DNA of 64,000 bases from Candidatus Hodarchaeota archaeon (GCA_048887225.1 JBHLJY010000009.1:39329-103328); one strand, 5' to 3'; shown: positions 10,385 to 20,504, counted from the stretch's first letter. Translations and numbers: made by a program. Notes: generated from the letters alone by a model not told the origin.

Positions 10385-11350
10385 ATGCCTTTAGATCCGA
10401 ACCATTTAATAAAATTTTTTGAAAACATCTCAAATGATAAGTTTAGTTCAGAAATGTTATTTTTACTGATAAACAGAATCGATAAATTATGTTTTGAAGA
10501 ATGTCAAATCGATAGAATTGCGTGTACGTTGACACCGATGTGTACCAGACGTTTTCTACTTAAATTAAGAATTAAGAACAATTTAACCATAGATGATCTT
10601 CCTCAATTTTGCTATAGTGTTCAAAAAAACACATTATATAGGGATTTCTATGGTAAGACCGTTGTTTACAAACCTTTTGATGCTTATTTATATTTAATAG
10701 ATTTTCTAGACGTTTTTTTCCATGGGGATTATAGGAAATTAAATAAATTCATATCATTTAAAAATTGGGATGAAACATTCAAAATATTTGATGATAGAAT
10801 TGATAGAGGGGAGGACTTTCGTTATCAATTAACAGGCAGTTATTTGATTTTCAAATACAGCGAAAGAATCCACATTATTTTTATTAACGAAAATTATGCA
10901 CTTTGTAATGCAAACAAGGAAAATATTGTCAATTTAGAGATATTGTATGGTTTATGTGAACTTCACAGAAAACTTTTCTTTCCTGAATTTAAGGTTAAAT
11001 ATAATCCTTCTAAGTTTGTAGAAATCTCAGCAATTGTGCCTAGGGATGTGATATTTAATATTTCTAGTAATCCTAATCCTGAAGGGGATTTGTCAAAATT
11101 AGACGATTATTTCTGGAATTTATTTCCAAAAGATCTTGATGCATTAATAGAAATTTGTAAAGAAATAGATATACATATTGACGAGTATACACGTAATTTA
11201 GTTATTAAATTAAATCTAAATTTAGAAACGAATAAATATATTGGTGTAAGAAAACAACATTCGCTAAGATATAGAGATTTAAGGTTTTTATTTAATTTTA
11301 TTTATCGATTACATTTTGATTTTTACGAGTTGCATATATCAGATTTTTAA
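10385..11350 (+). CDS. Hypothetical protein with N-terminal Cys cluster
   Basis: 321-aa ORF containing CFEEC-x6-C-x5-C; no family recognised. Confidence 0.7.
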   Translation: MPLDPNHLIKFFENISNDKFSSEMLFLLINRIDKLCFEECQIDRIACTLTPMCTRRFLLKLRIKNNLTIDDLPQFCYSVQKNTLYRDFYGKTVVYKPFDAYLYLIDFLDVFFHGDYRKLNKFISFKNWDETFKIFDDRIDRGEDFRYQLTGSYLIFKYSERIHIIFINENYALCNANKENIVNLEILYGLCELHRKLFFPEFKVKYNPSKFVEISAIVPRDVIFNISSNPNPEGDLSKLDDYFWNLFPKDLDALIEICKEIDIHIDEYTRNLVIKLNLNLETNKYIGVRKQHSLRYRDLRFLFNFIYRLHFDFYELHISDF

Positions 11351-11369
11351 AAAAAAATTGAGTGATAAA

Positions 11370-12545
11370 ATGACAGAAACCGAAAATGATCAACAAAAAA
11401 TGGAAAAAATTAAACAAATGATTGGAGAAGGAAGAATTGACGATACCGTAGATAAAATCTCGTTTTATTTAGGTCAGTCTACAGAAGAAAATTATATAGA
11501 TCGATTAGAAAATGTTATTGAAACAATTTCACCTCTCCATGGAGGAAAGACTGTAATCAGGTTCTTAATAGAGCACAATATTATCGATGTTCCTGGTTTA
11601 TTAGAACATCTCTCTAAAAGGGATCCACTACTACGTTATTCGTTCTTGCTGTTATTGAAAGATATTTGCGAGAACGAGGGAGATTTATTTCTTCCATATA
11701 GTGAAAATTTGTTAAATTCCGACGACCCTAATGTACGAGAAGCCAATTTGCAATTGTTAATATTTATGCTGGGGGGAGAGAAAATAAGTATTGATCAAGA
11801 ATCTCTCATTGAAGCGATAGCATCAAAACTAAAGGATGAAAAGGATTTTGTAGCAGAAAAAGCGATTCAAGTTTTAAAAACGATAGGTAAAAAGTCTCCA
11901 TCAATTATAACTCGCATTCTTACTGATTATACCAAGGAATGCCCTGAAAACGAAGCTTTAAAGAATAGGATAGATGATGTTCTAAAATCGATTGTTACAA
12001 TAGAAAAAATTGAAGAAATTGTAGAGGAAGAAGAAGGAAAAATTCTCGAGAGAGAGAGAGAACTCAAAAAGAAAGAAATGGAACTAAAAAAAGAAAAATT
12101 AGATTTGGAAGAAAAGGTAACAGAACTGGAAGAAAAAGCTATAGTAGAAAAAGAAAAAGCATTAAAAATAAAAAAGGAATTACTGAAAGGAGAAGAAATA
12201 GAATTAATTGAAAAAGCCCGAAAAGAAATTATACCCGAAGGTTTAAAAAGATCGGAGATAAGCATTCTTGATAAGGAATTAGAACTGAAGAAAAAAGATT
12301 TAGAAATTAAAAAGAAGAAGTTAAAATTGGAAGAGAAAGAAAAAGAACTCGAAAAAAAAGCTATTCAAGAAAGAGAGAAAGCTCTTAAATTGAAAGAAGA
12401 ATTAATTGAAAAAGAGAAACAATTATCCCAAGTTGAATTAGAATTAAAACGGAAGGAGATAAAGGAAAAAGAACGGGAAATTTTAGAAAAAGAAGCTCAA
12501 AAAGTCGATAAAAAATCGGGCGAGAATGATTCAAAATCTGATTAA
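11370..12545 (+). CDS. HEAT/ARM-repeat protein with long C-terminal coiled coil
   Basis: Start placed at ATG 11370 after GTGA RBS. HEAT motifs DDPNVREANL and DEKDFVAEKAI; E/K-rich tail with internal duplication. Confidence 0.8.
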   Translation: MTETENDQQKMEKIKQMIGEGRIDDTVDKISFYLGQSTEENYIDRLENVIETISPLHGGKTVIRFLIEHNIIDVPGLLEHLSKRDPLLRYSFLLLLKDICENEGDLFLPYSENLLNSDDPNVREANLQLLIFMLGGEKISIDQESLIEAIASKLKDEKDFVAEKAIQVLKTIGKKSPSIITRILTDYTKECPENEALKNRIDDVLKSIVTIEKIEEIVEEEEGKILERERELKKKEMELKKEKLDLEEKVTELEEKAIVEKEKALKIKKELLKGEEIELIEKARKEIIPEGLKRSEISILDKELELKKKDLEIKKKKLKLEEKEKELEKKAIQEREKALKLKEELIEKEKQLSQVELELKRKEIKEKEREILEKEAQKVDKKSGENDSKSD

Positions 12546-12547
12546 GA

Positions 12548-13552
12548 TTATCTTTTATCTTTTTGCTCTGTTATTGGTGTAGAATGTAATCTATTTACTA
12601 TTTTTCGAATCTCCTCAATTCTTACACTATTTGGAGGTAAACTTGTTTGAATATCTTTGGCAAGTTTGTAAGCCAATTCAATGTAATTTAAGTCTTCTAG
12701 AAATTCGACAATTTGAATCTGATAATCAACATCTTTGGCCCTCTCTCCATATTCAAGTAATTTCTCTTTGAGTAATCGATCTATTTTTTCAGTTCTTTCT
12801 ACCCATTTAACTTTTTTCACTAATTGTTTGAAGCTGTTTATTATATTATACATTTCAGATTTCGGATAGTCATCTATGTTCTTTAACACATAAAAAATAT
12901 AAATTTCAGCTTTTTCCCAGCGTTTAAATTTTAAACATGTTTCTACTAAATCTAAGATTGCTAATTCATATAAGAACTTAGATTCTATTTGTGGTATTAT
13001 TTTTTCAAAAATCCAATCAATTAAATTAGGCTGATTAAATCTGTCGATTATATCGAGTAAGAATTTGAGTACTGCGTAGTAAATTTTTGCATTTTCTGTT
13101 TTAGTTGATGTTAGAAAAGAAATTAAACAATATTTTACTCTTCCCATAGCGTCTTCAAGATTAGGAGGTTTTTCAGCAAATTTGTAAAAAGCAGATTCTA
13201 AAATTGGTTTCATTTTGTCTTTGGCTTCAAAATCATAAATAAAATATTCACCCCAATTCGGGCTCAAACTAGCGGATTCCTTTTGCATGCTACTTATTTT
13301 CTGTCGCTGTGGTCTTTTTATTTTTGGTTTTTGTGTTTTTAATTTTTCTGAAAGCAGTTTAGCTTGCTCTTCTGATATGATTTCAAGTATAATTTTGTCT
13401 TTTTCTTGAGGAACAATCATTTTGAAAAAGACTTCCTGATTTTCTTCAAATAATTCATCTCGTAAGCTTTTAGGAAAAGTAATTCCTGTTTTAGCTTTCT
13501 TTATAATATCCTCAAAAAAAAATTCTTCTTTAGATTTCTTTTCTTCCGACAT
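12548..13552 (-). CDS. AbrB/SpoVT-like N-terminal domain plus helical (TPR-like) C-terminal region
   Basis: GITFPKSLRDEL...DKIILE resembles the AbrB motif G.ITIPK..R..L; the remainder is helical. Confidence 0.55.
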   Translation of the reverse strand: MSEEKKSKEEFFFEDIIKKAKTGITFPKSLRDELFEENQEVFFKMIVPQEKDKIILEIISEEQAKLLSEKLKTQKPKIKRPQRQKISSMQKESASLSPNWGEYFIYDFEAKDKMKPILESAFYKFAEKPPNLEDAMGRVKYCLISFLTSTKTENAKIYYAVLKFLLDIIDRFNQPNLIDWIFEKIIPQIESKFLYELAILDLVETCLKFKRWEKAEIYIFYVLKNIDDYPKSEMYNIINSFKQLVKKVKWVERTEKIDRLLKEKLLEYGERAKDVDYQIQIVEFLEDLNYIELAYKLAKDIQTSLPPNSVRIEEIRKIVNRLHSTPITEQKDKR

Positions 13553-13591
13553 TTTATTTTATTCTCATAAAAAAATTAAGAGTAAAAATGT

Positions 13592-14173
13592 TTAGCCCGT
13601 GATATTTACGAGCTCCACCCCTCTAACCACAAAATTCTGATCCACATAAGTTACTATCGCATGACCTTTATGTTGATAGACAAGGGGAACAGGAAAAGAT
13701 GTTGCGCTCTTAATCATACTTTTCTTAACATATAACGGGAGAGTTTTTTTACAGACTCTACAAAATACGTCAACTTTTTCAATCAAATCATCCAAATTTT
13801 CTATAATTTCATTCACGTGGCTCGTAAAATCTTTGAACACATTAGCAGAAACATTTCCATAGCTTAAAATAACATCAATGTCCCAGATTTCGTGAAATTT
13901 TCTATCTACATCTTCTAATATAGCTTCTAAAAGTTGAAATTGTGTCTCTTGATTACTGCCAATAGTATATAATAGATTACCTTTTCTAATATATACAATT
14001 TTCATATTTCCTTTATTTAAATGAAAATAAATATCTTTAGTCGTATTTTCTTTAACGATGTTCAAATCTAAAATATAGCTTCTAAAAGATTGAGGAGATT
14101 TCCATTCAAATAATGTCATTCCTTCGTTAGATATGTTAATAAAATTCAGATTATTTTGGATATTTTGAGCCAT
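13592..14173 (-). CDS. Longin-like domain fused to a CxxC...H..H domain
   Basis: N-terminal strand/helix pattern ending FKDFTSHVNEII; C-terminal CRVC...PVPLVYQHKGHAIVTYVDQNF. Confidence 0.55.
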   Translation of the reverse strand: MAQNIQNNLNFINISNEGMTLFEWKSPQSFRSYILDLNIVKENTTKDIYFHLNKGNMKIVYIRKGNLLYTIGSNQETQFQLLEAILEDVDRKFHEIWDIDVILSYGNVSANVFKDFTSHVNEIIENLDDLIEKVDVFCRVCKKTLPLYVKKSMIKSATSFPVPLVYQHKGHAIVTYVDQNFVVRGVELVNITG

Positions 14174-14380
14174 TTTAATTTTAGTATGTATCTTTTAGCA
14201 TCCTATATATTATTTCTTTAAGGGTTTAAATTATTTATATATTTTTATATTTATGGTCTAACGACTAAAATATAGATATTTTACGATATTTTAAAAATAG
14301 TTATGCTGGACAAAAATTTTTAAGTTTTTTTTATTTTGGTTATTACAAATTATAAAAAATGAAATAAATCTGAAGCTGAA

Positions 14381-15223
14381 ATGAATAAAAAAAAAATTTA
14401 TAGAGACCTCAGTTATTTTCAAGAAACATATTTAGATGAAGATTATAAAAATATATCATTTAAAATAATTTTAATCCAACCCGAACACGCTGGAAATATA
14501 GGTTCTATAGCGCGTGTAATGAAAAATTTCAATTTTAAACATTTGGTAATATTTAATCCTATAGAAGCTGTTGAACGCATTTTAAGTTATGAGACCCAAG
14601 GTTTCGCAATGGCGGCAAAAGAGATTCTATTAAATTCTGAAATAATTACGATTGATAAATATAAAAATCATATAACCGAGCTCACAGAATATCTTAAAAA
14701 ATTCGATTTAGTTTTAGCAACAACAGCAAAAGGAAAGAGATATACAAATATTGAAAGACTAGCGATTTTTCCTGAAGATTTGTCAATTCCAAAATCCAAG
14801 ATGCCTTTAAATATTGCAGTTTTGTTTGGGAAGGAATCACGAGGCTTAACAAATGAGGAAATAAGCTGTGCAGATATTATTTTAAGAATCCCGACGAGTA
14901 ATAAATATTCAGCTTTAAATTTATCTCATGCTTGCGGAATAATTCTATACGAGATTTTCAAGAAAATCCATATGCTAAATATTGGAAGAGGTGAGCATCC
15001 TGTTTTACTTGCGGGTAAAGAAGGTCGCAATTTACTCTATTCATTCGTAAATAATCTAATTGAAAAATTGAAAATAAGAAATTATAAAGAACAAAATGTA
15101 TATTTTGCTTTTAAAAATATATTTGAGAGAGCAATAATATCTAAAAAAGAATTAGGTCTTATTATCGGTCTTTTTTCCAAATTGGACTCTGTTTTAAAAG
15201 ATATAAGGCTTTATGAAAAATAG
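14381..15223 (+). CDS. trmJ: SPOUT tRNA methyltransferase, TrmJ/LasT family
   Basis: PEHAGNIGSIARVMKNF, LFGKESRGLTNEE and LNLSHA. Confidence 0.88.
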   Translation: MNKKKIYRDLSYFQETYLDEDYKNISFKIILIQPEHAGNIGSIARVMKNFNFKHLVIFNPIEAVERILSYETQGFAMAAKEILLNSEIITIDKYKNHITELTEYLKKFDLVLATTAKGKRYTNIERLAIFPEDLSIPKSKMPLNIAVLFGKESRGLTNEEISCADIILRIPTSNKYSALNLSHACGIILYEIFKKIHMLNIGRGEHPVLLAGKEGRNLLYSFVNNLIEKLKIRNYKEQNVYFAFKNIFERAIISKKELGLIIGLFSKLDSVLKDIRLYEK

Positions 15224-15226
15224 ATT

Positions 15227-16900
15227 TCATTTTTGAATAGGATATTTTCCCACAGTTTTTGTAGCCCTTATTATAGTTCTGATATGTTCAGGGGGTAAAT
15301 CTCTAGGAATCTCACAACCAAAAGCTAGCCAATAGCCTCCTCCCTCAGCAGCAATTTTTATATGATCAGAACAATCATCATAAACTTGTTTTGGACTTGC
15401 TGTCATAAGTTGATTGTAATCCAAGTTACCCATGATGGTTACTTCATTTCCAATTAATTTTTTAGCCCATGCCAAATCTACTTGATAATCAAATTGAATA
15501 GCGCCTCCTGGGTTAGTTTCTCTTGCAAAGTGAATGCATTGGGGGACATAACCACAGCAATGAATTAAAACTTTTAATCCTAATTTATTAATTTTATTAC
15601 AAGCTTTTTTTTCTGGTTCAAGGCAAAATCTTTTGAAGAATTCTGGCGACATAAAATAAGCTGCTGTCTCACCCATTCCTACTATATCAGCACCAGCCTC
15701 ATACATAGAACGAGCAATTTCGACCCCCCAATCCGCATACCAATTTAGGATTTCATCAAATTCGTCTGGATGATCTAAAATATAGAAGAATTGCATAGGA
15801 TCTGCTCCTGCTAAAAGTGTAACCCCTTGGAAAGGTCCTTCAAGCCATCCAATGATAGGCACATCATCTCCGACTTTCTTTTTCGCTATTTCTATTCCGT
15901 TTATAGTGGCAGTTAATCGACCAGAATTCATAGGATCAGGCATATCAAGATTTTTGAAATCGTTATACAGATTTCCGTGCCTCAGTACTGGTTCTACAAT
16001 ACGGGGTACATCGTCTTCGGGAAAATCAATCTTGGCTCCACATGCTTCAGCATAGATTCCTACATCTGAAGAAAAACAAAGAGCATCCCATCCAAAATCA
16101 TTATAAGCTTTTAATTGTCCTCTTGAAATTGCTTCGGCCTCACTTACATAGATTGAGAACGGAATTCCTATATATTTTGCGGAAAAAGTTTGAGCAAAAG
16201 GCATAAAAGGCACTCTATCAGGCTCTTTATGTTTAAGAGAGGTCATAACACGGTCGTAAGGTGTCATTTCTGCTTTAAGATCATCTGAAAATTCCTTAAC
16301 TTTTAAAACTAATTCGTTGACATCTTTTACATAAGCATCAACATTTAATTTATTCGCTATAGCTTGAGATCCAGCAGGACCACTGAGTATTGTTCTTATT
16401 TTATGCCTAGCCCCTCGCTTCCATAGTTCATTCTCCAACTTAGCAACATCATCTTGAGTTTGCATTAAATAAATAGCTGACGCTACAATTCTAGCATTTG
16501 ATTCGACAGCAGTCTGTGCGATTTTCTCTGGAGATATATCTGAACCAGCATCAATGACTTCAAAACCATGCGCCTTCAAATTGGCAGCTACAATCGCAGT
16601 GCCAATAGTCCATGGACCCCCCATAACACCCAATACAATCTTTTCTTCAGGTGGCTTTGATTGATCTGATAACCCGAGCGATTGTACTCCTACTTCAAAA
16701 GCTGCAGCAGACATAATTATATTGTCAAGATACATTCCTTTTGTATTGTATTTTTCAGAAACTTCAGTTAAACCAGAAGATAAGGCTTGAATAATTTCTT
16801 GAGAAGAAATATTTCTTTTTGCTTTCCTTACTAATCTACCTAAAGTCTTATATTCGCCCCTAATCGTTGCCTCCGTAATTTGTTCAAGAATACTAGACAT
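15227..16900 (-). CDS. B12-binding-like domain fused to MtaA/UroD-family methyltransferase
   Basis: N-terminal cap and Rossmann corrinoid-like domain; C-terminal EPDRVP, LIHCCG, IMGNLD and AFGCEIP. Confidence 0.88.
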   Translation of the reverse strand: MSSILEQITEATIRGEYKTLGRLVRKAKRNISSQEIIQALSSGLTEVSEKYNTKGMYLDNIIMSAAAFEVGVQSLGLSDQSKPPEEKIVLGVMGGPWTIGTAIVAANLKAHGFEVIDAGSDISPEKIAQTAVESNARIVASAIYLMQTQDDVAKLENELWKRGARHKIRTILSGPAGSQAIANKLNVDAYVKDVNELVLKVKEFSDDLKAEMTPYDRVMTSLKHKEPDRVPFMPFAQTFSAKYIGIPFSIYVSEAEAISRGQLKAYNDFGWDALCFSSDVGIYAEACGAKIDFPEDDVPRIVEPVLRHGNLYNDFKNLDMPDPMNSGRLTATINGIEIAKKKVGDDVPIIGWLEGPFQGVTLLAGADPMQFFYILDHPDEFDEILNWYADWGVEIARSMYEAGADIVGMGETAAYFMSPEFFKRFCLEPEKKACNKINKLGLKVLIHCCGYVPQCIHFARETNPGGAIQFDYQVDLAWAKKLIGNEVTIMGNLDYNQLMTASPKQVYDDCSDHIKIAAEGGGYWLAFGCEIPRDLPPEHIRTIIRATKTVGKYPIQK

Positions 16901-17049
16901 TTATAGACATCTTTTTCAATCAATCAAATATATTAATTATTTACAAGTAAGTATTGATTGAATTTCTATAAAAATTTTTAAGAATTAATTATTTATAAGT
17001 ATAAATATTTTTGAGTTTCAGTTTAATAGGTTTTTCTTTGAGGTCCAAT

Positions 17050-18201
17050 ATGGTAAACATTAATTATCGCCATTATCAGGAAGGAGATGATCCGCAACTT
17101 GCTGATTTATTTAATAGAGCCTTTCAAATGAATGGTTTAAGTGTAGTTAGAACACCTAAAAGTTGGAATTGGCGTTATATTCAATCTCCTAGTTTTGAGC
17201 CTGAAATGTGTCAAATTGCTGAAGAAATTGAAAATAAAAAGATTGTTGGTGCGGTTTGTGTTAATCTAATTGAAAAAATATCCTTTAATGGAAATGAATA
17301 CTTAGTAGGTGAAATTAACGATGTATCTTGTCATCCGGACTTTACAAGAAGAGGAATAGCAACTAATTTAATGAAAATGGCGATTAATTATATGGAAAAA
17401 AAGGGGTGTGATATTTCAATCCTTGGTGCCGACTATGATGGCCATGCGAGAAAAAAGATTTATTTAAAATTAGGATATTTTGATGTTGATGGGGGATATA
17501 CTTTTTTACAATTCCCAAATCTCTTCAAATTAACAAAGGACATCATAGCCTTTGCAATTTTTTTTCCTGTATTTTTCACTATTTCGTATATTCCTCGATT
17601 TTTGAGTAGATTAAGAATAAAATATAATAATTTCTTTAGAAATTTTTCTTGGGAAATAAACGACAATAAGAAACATACTGAATTTATGGAAGCTGTTAAC
17701 GAGATAATTCCAAAATATTACACAGGTTTTCCATTATATAATAAAAAAAAATTTGAATGGGCGCGCATGAAAGTTCCCGCTAAACGGCACAGACCTACTT
17801 ATGTTATAATAAAAAAAAGAAGTAAAATCATAGGAGGCGCCGTAATTACTCATCAAAATATTTATGCATTTAAATATGGCATAAAATTCAGAATTGGAAT
17901 AATACATGATATTTTCCTAGATAAAACTCAGTTTACCAATAAAAAGAACTTGCATTTAGGATACATATATCTGATAGATAAAATAATTAAAGCTGCTACA
18001 CGAAGGAATATAGGAATTTTAATGTATATGGCTACTTCTAAAGATTTTGATATACATAAAGCTCTGAAGGGCATGAATTATCTTAAATTAAAAGGTGAAA
18101 CCACTATGATAAAGCCTATAAAAAAAGATATTAAGATTACTAATCTTTTTTTCAAAAAGCCTTTATTTTTACCTACTTATGTATCTTCAGGCGTTCCATA
18201 G
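17050..18201 (+). CDS. GNAT family N-acetyltransferase (probably tandem GNAT)
   Basis: VSCHPDFTRRGIA acetyl-CoA motif and IYLKLGY; ATG at 17050 preferred. Confidence 0.85.
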   Translation: MVNINYRHYQEGDDPQLADLFNRAFQMNGLSVVRTPKSWNWRYIQSPSFEPEMCQIAEEIENKKIVGAVCVNLIEKISFNGNEYLVGEINDVSCHPDFTRRGIATNLMKMAINYMEKKGCDISILGADYDGHARKKIYLKLGYFDVDGGYTFLQFPNLFKLTKDIIAFAIFFPVFFTISYIPRFLSRLRIKYNNFFRNFSWEINDNKKHTEFMEAVNEIIPKYYTGFPLYNKKKFEWARMKVPAKRHRPTYVIIKKRSKIIGGAVITHQNIYAFKYGIKFRIGIIHDIFLDKTQFTNKKNLHLGYIYLIDKIIKAATRRNIGILMYMATSKDFDIHKALKGMNYLKLKGETTMIKPIKKDIKITNLFFKKPLFLPTYVSSGVP

Positions 18202-18309
18202 TTATTCCTTTCAATCGAAATAAGATATTTCTATGAATCTTTATATAGAAAAAGACCAAATCTCTATATGAACTTTATAAATTTTTGAATCTAGGATAAA
18301 TGATTAAAT

Positions 18310-19716
18310 ATGAGAAATCGAACAGAAAAAAAAGCTAAAGCATTATCAACAAAAAAAGCTTTAGGATTTGGGATTGGTCAATTTTCAGATGCAATTGCGC
18401 TTCAAATGTTTACAATTTATATTTTTACGTTTTACTACGCAGTTGTTGGATTAAATGTTAATCTTATTACGATTGGTTTTATAATCTGGTCTTTATGGAA
18501 TGCGTTTAACGATCCATTACTAGGAGCATTATCAGATCGAACAAAAACAAAATGGGGAAGAAGGACACCATTTATTATTGGAAGTATTGGTCCGTTATGT
18601 ATCATAATAATATTATTATATACGCCTCCTTCTGATATTGTTGTTATATCGTTTATCTATTTTATCATTGTAATGATGTTATTTGATACTTTTTACACAA
18701 TGTATGATTTGAATTATTGCGCCTTATTTCCTGAAATGTTCCAAAATTTAGAAGATAGAGCTAAGGCAAGTGCTTTTAAACAAATATTTACTGTAATTGG
18801 TTTAATTTTTGCCTTTTTAGTGCCAACACTTATTATTCCTGATTTAACAAATAAAAAATATATTACCAATTATATGTATGCGGGGATTGTCATGAGCATT
18901 ATAATATTCATTGGTGCAATAGTGATGATAAAATTCGGAATAAGAGAAAGAGCAGAATTTTCTGAAGATTATAAAACAGCCCCTCCATTATTTACTTCCT
19001 TAAAATTTTCTATGAAGAATAAAAGTTTTAGAATTTTTATTATCATGAATCTAACATATTGGTATGTCGTGGGAATGCTTCCAATCATTGTGCCACTTTA
19101 CGGCAAATTTGTCTTAGGAATTGGGGAAGGAGAAGCATATTTATTAGGGCTTCTATTAGGTATCGCATTTATTTCAGCGGCAGGGTGTATGTCGCTATGG
19201 CGTTTTATAGCTATTAGAGTAGGGATGAAAAAAGGTGTAATGATATCAATGGCAACATTTATAATTACATTAATTCCATTTATGTTTATATCTGACACAT
19301 CAACTGCGTTTTTAGCATTCCTTTTTGTTGGATTGGGTCTTTCAGGAGCCTTTTATTTTGGAGATATTCTTCTTGCTGCAATTATAGATGATGATGAGTT
19401 AAATATAGGGACTCGACGTGATGGAGGCTATTATGGTATTAACGCTTTAATTACTAAATTATCTACGATAATTGTAATAATTACGATTAATATAGTATTT
19501 AATACCGTTGGTTGGGCCGTTTTTGACCCAAAAGGAGCTGATGAGCAGACTATTTTCGGCCTTCGAAGTTTGATAGTTATTTTTCCAGCGATTGCCCTAG
19601 GAATTGGATTATTAGTAATTAGTCGATTTCCAATTACTAAAGAAAGATATGAACAGATTAAGATTGATATCGAAAAATTACATACAGAGAAAAAGAAAAG
19701 ACGAGCAATGCTTTAA
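18310..19716 (+). CDS. MFS transporter, glycoside-pentoside-hexuronide (MelB-like) family
   Basis: WNAFNDPLLGALSDRTKTKWGRRTPF and about 12 TM segments. Confidence 0.92.
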   Translation: MRNRTEKKAKALSTKKALGFGIGQFSDAIALQMFTIYIFTFYYAVVGLNVNLITIGFIIWSLWNAFNDPLLGALSDRTKTKWGRRTPFIIGSIGPLCIIIILLYTPPSDIVVISFIYFIIVMMLFDTFYTMYDLNYCALFPEMFQNLEDRAKASAFKQIFTVIGLIFAFLVPTLIIPDLTNKKYITNYMYAGIVMSIIIFIGAIVMIKFGIRERAEFSEDYKTAPPLFTSLKFSMKNKSFRIFIIMNLTYWYVVGMLPIIVPLYGKFVLGIGEGEAYLLGLLLGIAFISAAGCMSLWRFIAIRVGMKKGVMISMATFIITLIPFMFISDTSTAFLAFLFVGLGLSGAFYFGDILLAAIIDDDELNIGTRRDGGYYGINALITKLSTIIVIITINIVFNTVGWAVFDPKGADEQTIFGLRSLIVIFPAIALGIGLLVISRFPITKERYEQIKIDIEKLHTEKKKRRAML

Positions 19717-19723
19717 ATATTTT

Positions 19724-20374
19724 TTAAATAAAAAATTTTTGTTGTAGTTGAATATACTCGTAATAATCATGAAGTGAATCCTCGACTAAATCAGACACTA
19801 TTTCGTAAAATTGTCTAAAAAGTTCTTCAGGAAAGATTTCCATTTCAAAGATGATTTTTGTTATTAAATCTTCAGCCAGTATCTGAGAATTTATTGATTG
19901 ATGATATAGCAAAAAATTCATCATTCTTCGTTCAACTTCAACTTTGACGATATTTTTACAAAGTTTAAATCCAATATCCGTTTTTAAATCGAGGAAATAC
20001 GGATAATTCTTCTCATCTAATATTTTTTTGATATGTAATACACCTATAATTTTTTCTACGCTATAATCTAAAGAACTAGGTTGAATTCCAAACTTTCGGC
20101 AAAATTTTTTTTTTGATTCGTGGGCAGGAAACGCTTTAGGATGTCTCGAAACAATGTAATAAGCTGCTATAAAGAACTTAAATAAGTTATGAGGAATTTT
20201 ACCATTTAATTTCAATAACCTATATATAATAGAGATTGTATCTAATGTTAAATTTCGATTTATATCAAATTGTTCTAAAAATTCCTGTCCATCTTTTAAA
20301 AGATTTATTGTTATTCGATCTTTTGTATTTAAAACTTCTTGGTTTATATTAATTAATTCTAACATTTGACACAC
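19724..20374 (-). CDS. Hypothetical protein with a TFIIB/cyclin-fold-like repeat
   Basis: FIAAYYIVSRH...SKKKFCRKFGIQPSSLDYSVEKI resembles the TFB repeat AAA.Y.A.R...T..E.A...GV...T. Confidence 0.5.
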   Translation of the reverse strand: MCQMLELININQEVLNTKDRITINLLKDGQEFLEQFDINRNLTLDTISIIYRLLKLNGKIPHNLFKFFIAAYYIVSRHPKAFPAHESKKKFCRKFGIQPSSLDYSVEKIIGVLHIKKILDEKNYPYFLDLKTDIGFKLCKNIVKVEVERRMMNFLLYHQSINSQILAEDLITKIIFEMEIFPEELFRQFYEIVSDLVEDSLHDYYEYIQLQQKFFI

Positions 20375-20486
20375 ACAACCCGTATTTTAAGCCTAATACT
20401 AGTTCAATTAATATATAAAAGAAATTTTTTCGATATTATTTTGATAATATTTATATAATATACTTATAACATTACTTATATTTAAA

Positions 20487-20504
20487 TGTTGCATTATTGC
20501 AACA
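20487..20504. promoter_or_regulatory. Inverted repeat TGTTGCA-N4-TGCAACA, candidate operator
   Basis: Perfect 7-bp inverted repeat between divergent genes, just upstream of TTTATATA (20528-20535). Confidence 0.5.
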
